This document shows, piece after piece, positions 1 to 11,529 of a stretch of DNA of 64,000 nt (the stretch's first letter is position 1; each line of letters opens with the position of its first letter). The notes beneath the pieces are model-generated. The model searched no databases. It saw only the letters and a list, made by a program, of their open reading frames with translations, and had not been told where the DNA came from. Both the position numbers and the translations under genes were made by a program. Origin of the DNA: Vicugna vicugna. Its lineage: Eukaryota. The stretch is from assembly GCA_013265495.1 (NCBI GenBank), contig MU058198.1:3670419-3734418 (forward strand), written 5' to 3'.

Positions 1-484
1 TGGCCCATTCAGACTGAAAGAGGCTATTTTAGGTTTTGGTTTAGAGGTTTAAAGTTTTTTTTTTTTTGATTTCTGATCTGTGCTTCCTTCCTCCTTAGCT
101 GCTTGTGCCTGGAGTCAGGTGATAAATTGAAGATGCTGAGCTGGGATCTGCTTGTCCTTTGGTCCTGGGTGGGTGGGTGTTCACAGGGAAGACTCCGGTT
201 TGGGGGTGGGGATGGGGAGCTCCAAGGGACTGGACACTGGCTGGTGCCATATTTGTGTGGGATGAAAAGTGTCCTCATCTGTAACCCCCTGTCAGGTGGG
301 AGACCCTCTGGGAAGGCTGAGGAGCAGGGAGGCTGCCAGGTGACACTCAGGTGTTCCCACTCTCTTGCCCTTGCATCTCTGTAGCCTGACGGGGGTGCTC
401 TGTGCGTGGTGGTGGTGATTGCAACCCCACGACCTCCATCACAACTAACTGACCACCGTGCCACATGCTGTGGTGCCAAGGCTG

Positions 485-650
485 GGGAGCCCTGGGCAAG
501 TCACTGCATCTCTGCATGCCTCGATTTCCTCATCTGTAAAGTAGGGGGCAGTACATAGTACATTCTTCATACAGTGTTATGAGGATTCAATGAGCTAATA
601 ACTGGTAACTCCATGAGCTCCTGGCCTGAGTAAACGCCCAATAAATGTTA
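485..650 (+). mobile_element. MIR SINE fragment
   Basis: gggcaagtcac...tttcctcatctgtaaagtaggg...tgaggattcaatgag...caataaatgttaac resembles the MIR core and 3' end. Confidence 0.8.
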
Positions 651-2359
651 ACTCTGACTCATGGAATATTTATCGAGCATCTTCCGTATGCCAGGTACAG
701 TATATGCCCTGGGATGCCATGGTGGGCAAAATTCCCCCATGTTGCTTGCAGCTAAGTGTGAGAGAGATGCAATTAAACATGCGATTACAACATAGTGCTT
801 TAAATGCTAAGCTGGGAAAGATGCTGGGGGGTAGGGCATGGAAATTATTTCTTTTAGTTCCACCATTAAAGCGTAAGTTCCATGAGAGCAGGCCTTCTGT
901 CTCTCTTCCTCACAGTTGAATCCCCAGTGCTTAGGAAGAACCTGGCTCTCAGGAAACACTTCCTGGGTGAATGAACAAAGGAAAGCAGGAAGGAAGTGAT
1001 GTTTTAGCTGGACCTGAATGATGAGGCATCAGTGAAGTTGGGGCTTGAGGAGAAAAGAGAGTGTAACCTGGTGCATCCCATCTCTGGAGCCAGGCAGACC
1101 CCAGTGAGGCCCAGCTCTGTGAGGAGCCAGCTGGTTGACCTGGGAGAAGGTCCTGCTCCCTCATCTGGGTCTGGTTCGTCATCACTGCAATGGGAGTGAG
1201 TAACACCTTCCATGTGGCTGTCACTTGGCATGTGGGCCGCTGCCAGTCGAGGATGTTTTCTTTTTCCTTCCCTTCTTTGTGCCACTTGGCATCTGCTGAT
1301 GCTGAGATGGAGAAGGTTCTTGATGATAATATCTGGTCAGAAATGGTTGACTCCTTCTTGCTGGGATTCCCTGCTGAGATATATGCATGGAAGAAAGTGC
1401 ACAGCCAGCAAAGGGTTACTTCATTGTTAGTTGGGGTTTTGCCTCAAGTCTCGAAGTAGAGCTCAGGAGGCCCTCAGAGACTCCTCTACCTAGGTAGACC
1501 TGAGGAAATTAAAAACCTGCTGAAAACGAATTCGTGGCTCCTTTAAGGTCAGCCTATCAGGGAACTCAGAGGGAATACAAGAACCAAGAGGAGAGAGAGA
1601 ACTTAACCCCAGGGCTTGGAGTGGAGTTGACCCAGGCCACTCATGCCCAACCTTCTTAGGACAAGATCATGGTACCTGGACCCAGCAGCCTCCTGGGAGA
1701 CATGAGCGAGAGAGAAAGATGGCAGGTACGGCTTTTAAAGCATGTGCAGGCTCCGCCCACCGAGGCTGGGCCAATCAGTGTCTTGGAAACTGACCCACCC
1801 AATTGGCTCTCCTCCTTCTTGGAGACTAGGTAGGGGAATGAGAGAAGCCGTGAGCTCCCCCTACAGGCCAATACTAGTCATGAACAGGTGGGGGTTTTTT
1901 AAGGTGGATTTGAGGCACTAATTTCTCAACTTTAAGGTGAATTCTCAAAGGGCGGGCACAGGGGAAGCGTTTTATGGCACCGAGTACCAGGACTCTTTCT
2001 AGGAACCGGAAGTATTCCTTAGTCTTGTTGCCGAAAAATGGAAACATGGTTGGTTAAGCCATCAACTGGGAGTCTTAAGTTTTTGTTTTGTGATTTCCAG
2101 CACCTGCTGTTGTCACTGGGGTAACACCTCAATTCTCGAGCAGGAGAGGTGGTTATGGGGTCCTTCTGCATCCTGGGAGCCCTGCAGGGTCCCACAGCCA
2201 GGACAGGGCAGACCTAGCCTCTCAAAGTTAGCCCAGAGCTGTGCAAGGGCCAACTCTATCTGCCTGAGCACAGAGGCTTGGAATGTCACAAAAGCAGCTT
2301 TGTAGCCCAATAAAAGGATGCAGGCCGACAAAAGTCTTCATTGAAGGAGGATTTTTAGG

Positions 2360-3065
2360 GAGGCTTATTGAGATAGAGTTTTCATGCAACAAAATTCACT
2401 TTTTTTTTTAACATAAAGTAAAATTCACCATGGTTGATATACAGAACATGCCAGTCACCCCTCAAAAGTTCCCATGTGCTGTTCCCTTGTCATCAATCCC
2501 CTTCCAACTCCAACCCTTCTTAACCACCTATCTTTTTTCTGTCCCCATAGTCTTGCCTTTTCTAGAATGTCATTTAAATGGAATCATACTGCATATAGCC
2601 TTTTATTGAAATGGAGTCAAAAGGCACCTGTCTGACATCTTTCTCCTAAGCCTAGTGCTTTTGAGATGCACGAACTACTGGCAGAAGTTCATTCCTTCCT
2701 ACTGCTGAGAAGTATTCCATTGTGTGGAAGTGCCACACTTTGTTTATCCATTCACAGGTTGAATGTTGAATGCTTTGGTTGTTCCCAGACTTTGGCTATT
2801 ATCAAGTAACATGGCTGTAAACGTTCGGGTTTGTTTTTTTTTTTTGATAGATACATACATTCATTTCACACCCAAGAGTGAGACTACTGGGTCATAGCTG
2901 ATATGGCTATGTTTACCTATATAGGAAACAGCCACATGGATTTCCAAATTGGCTCTATCATTTTGCCCTCCCCCTAGCATTGTATGAGTTCCAGCTGTGT
3001 TCTCTCCTCACCAGCCCTTGGTATTGCCAGTATCAATTTTCTAAGATGTTAGCCATTCTAGTAGG
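2360..3065 (-). mobile_element. L1 (L1M-type) 3' region fragment
   Basis: aaatggaatcata...tattccattgtgtgg...tttgtttatccattc...actactgggtcata...ttagccattctagtaggtgt typical of antisense old L1. Confidence 0.8.
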
Positions 3066-3559
3066 TGTAAGGATTATTTTTAAATTTTTGAAAATAACAG
3101 TTTCCTAAGGGAGAAACACTCATCACTTTAATTGCACATAAAATAATTTCTGTTTATTTTCTTACTTGTCCATTTTCTGTCTCTGTTACTAGAATATATT
3201 TTGAAAAGGCACCTGCCTCAATTAATAAATGTGAATGGATGAATGAATGAATGAATGAATGGATTAAGGAAGAGGTGGGTATCACAAAGGTGAGGATGTC
3301 AGATCAGCCCTGGGTTGAGACTCAAGGCCCTTGTTTTTAACTTCTGCAATATACTCTTTCACAGAGAAAGCAAATTTCAGGCTGAGTTGGGGGAGAGAAG
3401 AAGGAATTTTTTTAGTGAAAGCATCTCTTGAAGGAGAAAGATATGCGCAGAGCCAGAGTCTTGAGGGGTGTGGCATATTTGGGAGTACGAACAAGTCCTG
3501 TGTCCTAAAAGCCTAGTATGTGTTTGGGGGCATATTTGGGATCACATGGGGGATGTTGT

Positions 3560-3800
3560 AATAATAATGCAAGAGCTTATACTGTTTGCCGTGTGCCAAG
3601 TGGTCCTAATACCTCTACATAGGTTAATTCATTTGTTCTTCCCAGTGGTCCTATAAACTTATAACACTATCATTATCTCTATCTTACAGACAAGGAGAGT
3701 GAAGCACAAAGAAATTAAATAACTTGTCCAAAGTCATACAGCAAAGAAGCACGCAGGCAGTTTATGCTGCAAAATCTGTACCTTTAACCACCGCTCTACA
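3560..3800 (-). mobile_element. MIR SINE fragment
   Basis: tatcttacagacaaggagagtgaagcacaaagaaattaaataacttgtccaaagtcataca. Confidence 0.75.
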
Positions 3801-3814
3801 GTTACGAAGGGCAC

Positions 3815-4250
3815 TTTAGTTAGCTAGGGAACCGTGTAAGCTGCTGTAACAATTAGCCCCCAAACGTAATGACTTGAATAAGATAGAAGGTAGATTTTCT
3901 CTCAGATGTCTGTCCAAAAGGGCAAAGTCTAGGGCTGGGAGGGTGATTTAATCCTTCAGCACATGGCTCCAAGTTGGGGTCCAAGGTGGTCATTTCTGCT
4001 TCTCACCATCTTCCAGCCGGTGGGCAGGGCTAAAGGGGCCAGAGAGGCTGTGCACCTTCCTTTTAAAGGAATGACTGAGACACACACATCCCTTTGGCCA
4101 GAACTCAAGCACATGGATACAGCAAACTGCAAGGGAGGCTGGGAAATGTGGTTTCTAGTTGGGCAGCCAGGCTCTCTGCTACAACTCCAGGGCTCTGTTA
4201 TTAAGAAGAAGAATAGGTGGTGGTGGAAAACCAGTAGTCTGTGCCGCAAC
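3815..4250. mobile_element. MaLR (MLT1-type) LTR remnant
   Basis: gctgctgtaacaatt...atgacttgaataagatag and aactgcaagggaggctgggaaatgtggtttctag resemble old MLT1 LTRs. Confidence 0.6.
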
Positions 4251-4768
4251 CTGCAGACTCTTCGCTGGACCTTGAACTCTATCCTGTAGATGATGAGCTA
4301 CTAACAAATGACCTCTAAGTGGGAGGTTTCATGCTGACACCTGGGTTTTGGATCCCTCCAGAAGTTGCCTGGAGGACAAAGGAGGGAGGAACAGGAGCAA
4401 GGGGCCCTGTGTAACTGATGTGTCTGGTATTTTGCTTGGCCCTCTGGAGTCCTTGCTGCGGGCAGGAGTCAGTAGGTTGGGTTCCCAGATGGAGGACTTG
4501 CAGGCACAGTGAATGTGTTGGGGCTGGAAGGGGAGCCATCAGCTGTCTTATTCATTCATTCGTTCGTTCACTCATTCATTCATTCACTCAATGATTATTT
4601 ATCAAGCACCATGTCTGGGCACAGAGCTCTGACGGCGACCCCGACAGGTGTGATGAATGCTGGGGGTCAAGCTCAGTTCTCGTGGAGTTCTCCAGTGATG
4701 CCTAGTGCAGCATGAAACCTTGGCATGCCCCACTGACGCTACCTCTTGTTTGTTTCTTTTGACCTTAG

Positions 4769-4880
4769 GACCCCCGGAGCAAACACAAGTTCAAGATCCA
4801 CACATACTCCAGCCCAACGTTTTGTGACCACTGTGGGTCACTGCTGTATGGACTCATCCACCAGGGGATGAAGTGTGACA
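4769..4880 (+). CDS. PRKCB: Protein kinase C beta, internal coding exon (exon 4), N-terminal part of C1B zinc finger
   Basis: Acceptor ttgtttcttttgaccttag|GAC, donor GACA|gtgagt; 112 nt; translates [37 protein letters not shown], matching PKC-beta C1B. Confidence 0.98.
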
Positions 4881-4989
4881 GTGAGTACCATTGCTCTCTG
4901 GCAGCCTCTGTGGACAGGGTTGCTTCCTTGTGGAACCCAAGCCTGCAGCACATTCTCCCAAATCCTGGGTGGGCCAGGGTACCCCTTGT

Positions 4990-5380
4990 CTGTTGCTGAA
5001 TAATAATTTATTTAGCTCATGATTCTGCAAGGCTATCCTTTGGGTCTAGGCTGGGCTGACTCATGCCTGTGTGGTAGGGTAGCGGGTTGGTGGGGGAGCT
5101 GTCTGGTCCTACAGGGCCTCACCTGCATGTCTGGAAGGATGGCTGACTGTCACCTGGGCAGTGGGGATGACAAGGCCGTGTGTCTTTCATCCTGAGCAGG
5201 CTAGCCATGGCCTGCTCACACGGGAGGTCCCAACTGCTTTAAGAGGGCAAGTCCATTGATCAAAGCAAGACTCATGGCAAGGTTCACAGTCAGTGTGGGA
5301 GGGGACAGTCCACGGGTGAGGACAAAGGCAGGCACGGACAAATCAGGGCCATCCCTGCAGCTGAGCGCACAGCCGTTTCT
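4990..5380. mobile_element. MaLR (MLT1-type) LTR remnant
   Basis: atttatttagctcatgattctgc...ggctgggctgactcatg...ccattgatcaaagcaagactcatggc. Confidence 0.55.
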
Positions 5381-5679
5381 AACACTGACATGTGGGGCTG
5401 ATGCAATTCTTTGCAGAGCCTGCCTTCAGCAGGCTCATGCTAGAAGGGGGAAGAGAGTGATTCTCTGGCCAGGCTGGGGTGGGACAAGACAGGTGGGAGG
5501 CAGGACTTCTCTCTATGCAGTGAGAGGCTGAATGGCCCATGAGCAGGTGGTGAGAGCTGCAGCTGCAAAGGGATGGGGGCTCCATGTGCTGGTGGCTCCC
5601 AGAGGCCTGTTGACCTGCCACAGGCTGAGCAGTCATGAGGCCAGACTGTCCCTGTCACAGGGCCCAGAGGACAGAGGGA

Positions 5680-6200
5680 GAAACTCCCAGGGGCAGAGAG
5701 TGACAGAGGAGTGTGGGTGTGGATGAGGTGGAAAGGAGTGCGAGGGAGAAACACACTAGTACAGACAGAGGCGGATGGAGGGGCGGGCGACACATGTGCC
5801 CAGGTGTGGGGGGCTGTGGGCGAAGCTACCGAGGGACTCAGCTAGAGAGAGACTCGAGCAGAGGGAAGGACAGACAGACAGATGGCCAGGCAGAATGACT
5901 GGAAGTGACACATAGAGAGATGCACTCACACAGGCAGAGATACAGAGATGGAGGGAGAGCAGAGACAGACAGAAACAGACACGGAGCGACAGGGACAGAT
6001 GAAGACAGAGACGTGATACAGGTGCTGAGTGTGAAACTCATTGATGCTGGGAGGCACACCCTGAAGCAGAGGATCAGAGACCAGGAAAGAGACATACATC
6101 CATGTAGGTACCAGGAGACAAATAGCCACAGGGCAAGAGCTGCAGAGACACACGTGGCGAGCGAGGGCTCCCAAATAGACACATGGCAGAGGCAGGGAGA
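5680..6200. repeat. GA/CA-rich low-complexity tract
   Basis: Degenerate agagac/acag iterations, e.g. gagcagagacagacagaaacagacac. Confidence 0.75.
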
Positions 6201-7341
6201 GCCAGTGATGCCGATGCCTCCTGCCTGTAGGACACTGATTCCTATAAGCACGCGGGGCCCCAGAATGTGCCTCAAGCACATGGTGGGAGGGAGCTTGCCC
6301 TGACACAGGGCCCTGACACAGGCGTTCGGTTTCCAGGGGGCTCTCCCTTCCTCCCCACCATCCTCTCCCCACAACTCATTTCCAGTTTTGTAATTTGTCT
6401 GCTGCCCCCTGGAGCTTGGGCGGGCCGAGAAGGGGTGTCCTCGGTACCTACCCCCTGCCCCCTGGGGATGCCATGCCCTCAGCTCCTGTGGCATCCCCTG
6501 AAATGCAGGCCCCCTGGGGTGACCCAGCCTCTCCTCCTGGCTTCTCAGACTGGAATGAGGGTCCCCCTAGAGAACACTGGATTCCTGGTTCACCTTCCTG
6601 AAGCAGCTTTGGTTCCAGAAGACTTAGGGAAAACCAACCCCACATTGAAAGAAGCACCGATACCCTATGGAATGTGGGAAGGGGGCATGTATTTATCGTA
6701 TCACACAGGAGACAGATTCAGTGTGCAGACACATTTCATTCCTCCCACCCTGGGTCTAAATTCTCTCGCAATTAGTTATGGTCGATACTCTGTTGCTCTG
6801 CCCGGATCCCAAGATGATGTCCCTCCCAAGGGGGTAGTTCATGGCCAAAGATGGGCAGATGCAGGGGAGCAAAGGCCTGGGACCAGGTGTGTCAATTTGG
6901 GACAACTCTGAAAGGTCATCTGAGGACGGGAGCTCCCCTCACAGCCAGCTCCCAACTCCCCTTCTCAGACTCTTTCCAGGGAACCCAACCTGTTAGCCTG
7001 TCAGTATTTAAGAATTGGGCGATGTCACATACAAATCAGGATTCCTGCTTATCTTGAAAAGTGGGAAAATCTCGGCGTCCTGCGCCTGAGTGGGGGCTGC
7101 TGTGTTCTCCCATTGGTAGAGTCCCGCTGCGCTCAAAGCTTCCCTGTTACCTGCCGCCCATGGCATTGAAGTTGGTGACTCTGGCTTTAGACATGTTGGG
7201 GGTGTGCGGGGTGCCTTAGCCATCGGGGAGAAGGTCTGGCCAGGGCGGGCTGGTCCCCGCCAGCCTCGGAGGGAAGGAGGGGGACAGGAAGGGACGAGTG
7301 TGGGCCAGCCTGAGCCGTGACCCCTCCCTGTGCCCCCGCAG

Positions 7342-7470
7342 CCTGCATGATGAACGTGCACAAGCGCTGCGTAATGAACGTCCCCAGCCTCTGCGGCACG
7401 GACCACACGGAGCGCCGCGGCCGCATCTACATCCAGGCCCACATCGAGAGGGAGGTCCTCATCGTCGTCG
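7342..7470 (+). CDS. PRKCB: Protein kinase C beta, internal coding exon (exon 5), end of C1B and start of C2
   Basis: Acceptor tgcccccgcag|CC, donor GTCG|gtaggt; 129 nt; (T)[42 protein letters not shown]; phase 1 matches the previous exon. Confidence 0.98.
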
Positions 7471-7665
7471 GTAGGTGGCGCTGGGGCTCCTGCGCCGGCC
7501 CGCTGGTCCCAACCTGGCCGGACCGGAACGCTGACGGAGGGGAGGCTGGGGGAGGGACGCACCGCGCAGCGGGCGGGGCGGGAGGTGCGGTGACGCTGCC
7601 TTCCTGCCTTCCTCCCCGCACCCCGTTACAGCCCTTCCCCGTAGCAGGCATCCTTAGAAACCGCG

Positions 7666-7685
7666 CCCCCCCCCCCCCCCCCCCC
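7666..7685. repeat. C20 homopolymer
   Basis: 20 consecutive C. Confidence 0.95.
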
Positions 7686-8261
7686 AGCTCCGCTCTCAGC
7701 ACCGCCCGTGCCCTGGAGCTCAGAGATGGGGCGCCAGGAGAGTACGTTGCTTTTCTCAAAGACCTCGAAGGTTCTGTCGAGAGCCAGTAGAGCAGACAAG
7801 ATTCTGAACACCTTAATTTTACAGCAGGCTTTGGCCAGTGAACAAAAACTACTCTGAAGCCAGACACGTGTGCTTTGAAATGGTTTTCATCCTAATATCC
7901 TGGAAAATACTCAAATTTAAATTATTTCTGTTGCCCTCTTATTTGAGTCATTTATTTCTTCTCTACAGATATATTATTTCTAGATTTTTCTATAACGTAA
8001 CAATGGACAATAAAATTGGTTTACTCCCCCCCCCAAGACTTCCAGCTTCCTCTGGGTTCCCCACCCCCTCCCCACTCCCCATCCCTTCCCACTCTTTGGC
8101 TCAGTATCTTTGGAGTGTGCAGTTCTGTTCCCTTTATTAAGATATTGGAGAAAGGATGCTTGGTTCTTCCTCAAAATTTTCCAGTGGGAAAATAGAAAAC
8201 ACCCAGTTTGGGGGAGTGTTACATCTTGGGATGGAGAAGAGAGGTGCCGTGTGCATCCCTG

Positions 8262-8271
8262 GGGACTTTCC
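8262..8271 (+). promoter_or_regulatory. Consensus NF-kB motif (binding not demonstrated)
   Basis: GGGACTTTCC exact match. Confidence 0.5.
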
Positions 8272-9114
8272 ACGTATTTGATGTCTTTCATTCTTAAACG
8301 TGATGTGGCTACACTAGTTCCTGTTCTCTTGCACTTTTGAAATATTTCGTAATACTAAGTGGGATAATGCAGCTAGCTGGAGAGGTGAGTGGGACTGGGG
8401 GACAGAGAGAAGCCTGGTGTCTGTCACTCCTAATGGAACATTCAGGAAATGCTTGGCTCTGACACGTGCAGCTCAAACAAAATGGAAATCCGCCTGCAGT
8501 AGACTGGCAGCTGCTCATCCATAAAGCTGCGATAAATCCAACACTGAACTGGACCAGAAGGGGACTAACACTTCGAAGGATTTCTCTCCCAAAGGCTTGT
8601 GACAAACCTCTTAGACGTCATAACTAGTAATTTAAACAAGGTTTTATGACTTGATATTTTAGGAAACTGATCATAGAAGGGGTTGATTTTGCAAAAAGTG
8701 GTCTGTTTCTGAGGCCCCGGAATATTCAGAAGCCTTAAGTGCTGAGCCTACACCACATAAAAGTTGGAAAATATCCCTGTAAAATATAATCCCCGTTTTA
8801 AACCGAGGTTTGTAACACCCAGTGAGCTCTTAAGGAACGTGTATTCCACTGAATTGCTTTTTCCTCTAAAAGCCAGGCAAACGGCTGACTTCTCAGAGGA
8901 ATGCTTTTGAGGGTCCCCACATTTAAAGCCCAGGGGAAGCTGAGTTTCCCCACTGACCTCTGAGCTTCCTAGACTGGAGGGGCAAAGATGAGGCCCTGCT
9001 GCCCTCTACTGTTACTTCCTGGGAACTGCACTGGTTTGTATGTCACTAGGGAACCCATCCAAGGCACAGTGCTCAAAACCAAACTGTAGCATAATGCCCT
9101 GTAGCCCATCCATT

Positions 9115-9280
9115 GCTCCCACCGCAAAACAGAAGTGGTAAATTATGTGACATGATAGGGGCGTTAGCTAATGCCAGGGAGGTAATCATATTGCAATATA
9201 TAAATGTATCAAATCAGTGCACTATACCTTAAACTTACACAGTGTTCTGTGTCAATTCTATTTCAATTAAATAGAAAAGA
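9115..9280 (+). mobile_element. L1 3' terminal fragment
   Basis: ggtaatcatattgcaatatataaatgtatcaaatc...ccttaaacttacacagtgtt...gtcaattctatttcaattaaa. Confidence 0.8.
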
Positions 9281-9854
9281 CTTCCATGTTTCTTCTTTCA
9301 GTCATGGCAACAGCCTTGTGAAATATCTATTATTCTTGTTCAATGAATGAAGATGCTGAGGTTCAGAGGTTTGTTTCCAAGAGCTCACGTCGTTTGTAAT
9401 CAGCGTCATCGTACAATAATAGCTAACATTGGAGTTTTTTAATGTCAGTCACGCTACAAAGCACTTATAGGCAATATCTTGTTTAAATTTTTTCAGCAAC
9501 TCTGATGAGCCAAGTAGTGTTTTGGTTCTGCCTATCAGGAAACAGGCCTGGAGAGTCACACACATCATCACCGAGGTCTGGTCTGCTAGTATGTATGATA
9601 TACTAGGTTACTTTTCAATTTAGTTCCCTGCATGCACCATTCTCCCACGCCTTTTTTATTCCCTTTGTGATTTAGCTAGGTTACCTCTTACGTGCGTTTC
9701 TTGGGGACTTAGTTTCCTTGTGGTGCGATACAGCTTCTCTTCAAATTCAAGGTCACAGTCTTCCCCCTTAATCATACAGAGAGGCTCTGTTATATCTTGA
9801 TCACAAGTGGATGATTTTCAGGCAGTCCCAGTCCACGCCCATAAATAGGGGACA

Positions 9855-10314
9855 TATGTGTTCCCTGGAGCTGCTGTAACAAAGTACCACAAAGTAGGTG
9901 GCTTAGAGCAACAGATATTTATTCTGTCACAGTTCTGGAGGCTGAAAGTCTGAAATCAAAGTGCTGGCAAGGTCAGTTCCATCAGGGGGGCTGTGACGGA
10001 TAGGCAGTGCCATGCTTCTCTCGTAGTCTCTGGTGCTTGCCATCAGTCTGTGGTGCTCCTTGGCTTGTAGATGCATAGAGATCGGACCTCTGCCTCCATC
10101 ATCACATGGCCTTCTTCCCTGTGTGTCTCTGTGTCGAAATTTCCTCTTCTTATAAGGACAGCAGTCACTGGATTAGGGCCACCCTGATCTCCTATGACTC
10201 CATCGTAATTTGATTACATCTGCAAAGATCTTACCTCCAAACAAGGTCACATTTACAAGTGCTGGGGTTAGGACTTCAATGTGTCTTTTGGGGGGATGCA
10301 ATTCAACCATAGCA
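9855..10314 (-). mobile_element. MaLR solo LTR (MLT1C/D-like)
   Basis: gctgctgtaacaaagtaccacaaa...cacagttctggaggctgaaagtctgaaatcaa...ggattagggcccacc...gggggatgcaattcaacc. Confidence 0.85.
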
Positions 10315-10895
10315 AGGGGAAGGAAGGAAAGTTAGGGCTCCCTTAATGTTAGGGACAGAATATCAGTGCACTCAGGGTTCCGACAGCACTCCTTGAATAG
10401 CTACCAGTGTTATTAATAGCACTTTGTGGTTTTCCAAGTGCTTTGATGGTGAATCCATCCATCCAGTGGAGGTGGTTGTATCACCAACATACAGACGGGG
10501 AAACAGACCCAGTGAGGCTGGACGGCTTGCCTGATGTCACATGCAGAGCAGGGTTGAGCATCTGGGCACCCCGACTGCAGGTCGGTGTGCCCCGCTATTG
10601 CCTCTTTGCCACTCCAGGCACGGTCAGCAGCTGGCCCTGTGTCATTGATTGACTGATGGTAGAAGGACGGATGCTTTGACTGCAGTTCTCTAAATATAGA
10701 GCCGAGATGGAGATTTTTGTTCAAGTGATTTATTGGGGCTGCTCATGAGAGATGAGGAGTGAGGACGGAGCAGGGAAAAACGAAGTGAGAAGTGTGTGGT
10801 CTCCACTGAAGACTAGCCTCAGTCCAGTGCCTTGGGGTTCTGGACCACGCATTACAGCCCAGAGCCAAGAGGGCTGTCCTGTCAGGGTCAGACAC

Positions 10896-11241
10896 TGATA
10901 GGGACTGAACTGTGTCCCCTCCCAAATTCATAAAACTCATATGTTGAAGCCCCAACCCAGTGAAAAGGTGGTTGGAGGTGGGACCTTTGGGAGAGAATTA
11001 GGGTTGTGTGAAATCATACAGGCAGGGTTCTTACAGTGGGGTTGGTGGCTTTAACGGCCATATAAGGGCACAGCAAGAAGGCGGCCATCTGCAAGCCAGG
11101 ATGAGGGCTCCCACCAGGAACTGAACTGACTTGCACCTTGATCTTGGACTCCCAGCCTCCCGAGCTGTGGGAAATAAACGTCTGCTATTGAAGCCAACCT
11201 GCCCATGGTATTTTATGACAGCGCCTGGGCTGACTAAGGCA
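10896..11241 (+). mobile_element. MaLR solo LTR (MLT1A/B-like)
   Basis: TG...CA ends; tgaactgtgtcccc...catatgttgaagccc; gcggccatctgcaagccagg; polyA signal gaaataaa; ends gactaaggca. Confidence 0.85.
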
Positions 11242-11529
11242 GTCAGTGTTTGCTACAGGCTACTGGGATCAGAAGTGGGAGGGTGGTGGTACCTCCTGGG
11301 CGCCATGGCTTCTGTGTGGCTGAGGGTCTGGTCACCTGGGAATCCCTCCAATCTCCCGGGCATCCTTCCGGTTTCATTGTTGGGACTCCAGGCCCTCCTT
11401 CTTGATATCGGCCAGACAGATCAGATGTGGCCTGTGGTGTTGAGCTGCCCCACTTCATCCAGACTGTAGAGGCACATCCATTGTTGAGACTTGCCACTCC
11501 GCAGCCTAGGATTCTTTGCTCTCTGCTCT

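Larger units (their letters stand above)
7240..7780. promoter_or_regulatory. Intragenic CpG-rich island over exon 5
   Basis: Visibly high GC and CpG density (cgccgcggccgc, accgcgcagcgggcggggcggg) against CpG-poor flanks; ratio not computed. Confidence 0.7.

Noticed and set aside
5838..6911. Long ORFs (218 aa minus, 214 aa plus, 132 and 148 aa)
   Set aside because: Overlap GA-rich low-complexity and GC-rich intron; biased composition, no recognisable domain
7008..7562. 184-aa minus-strand ORF
   Set aside because: Antisense shadow of GC-rich exon 5 codons; no independent evidence
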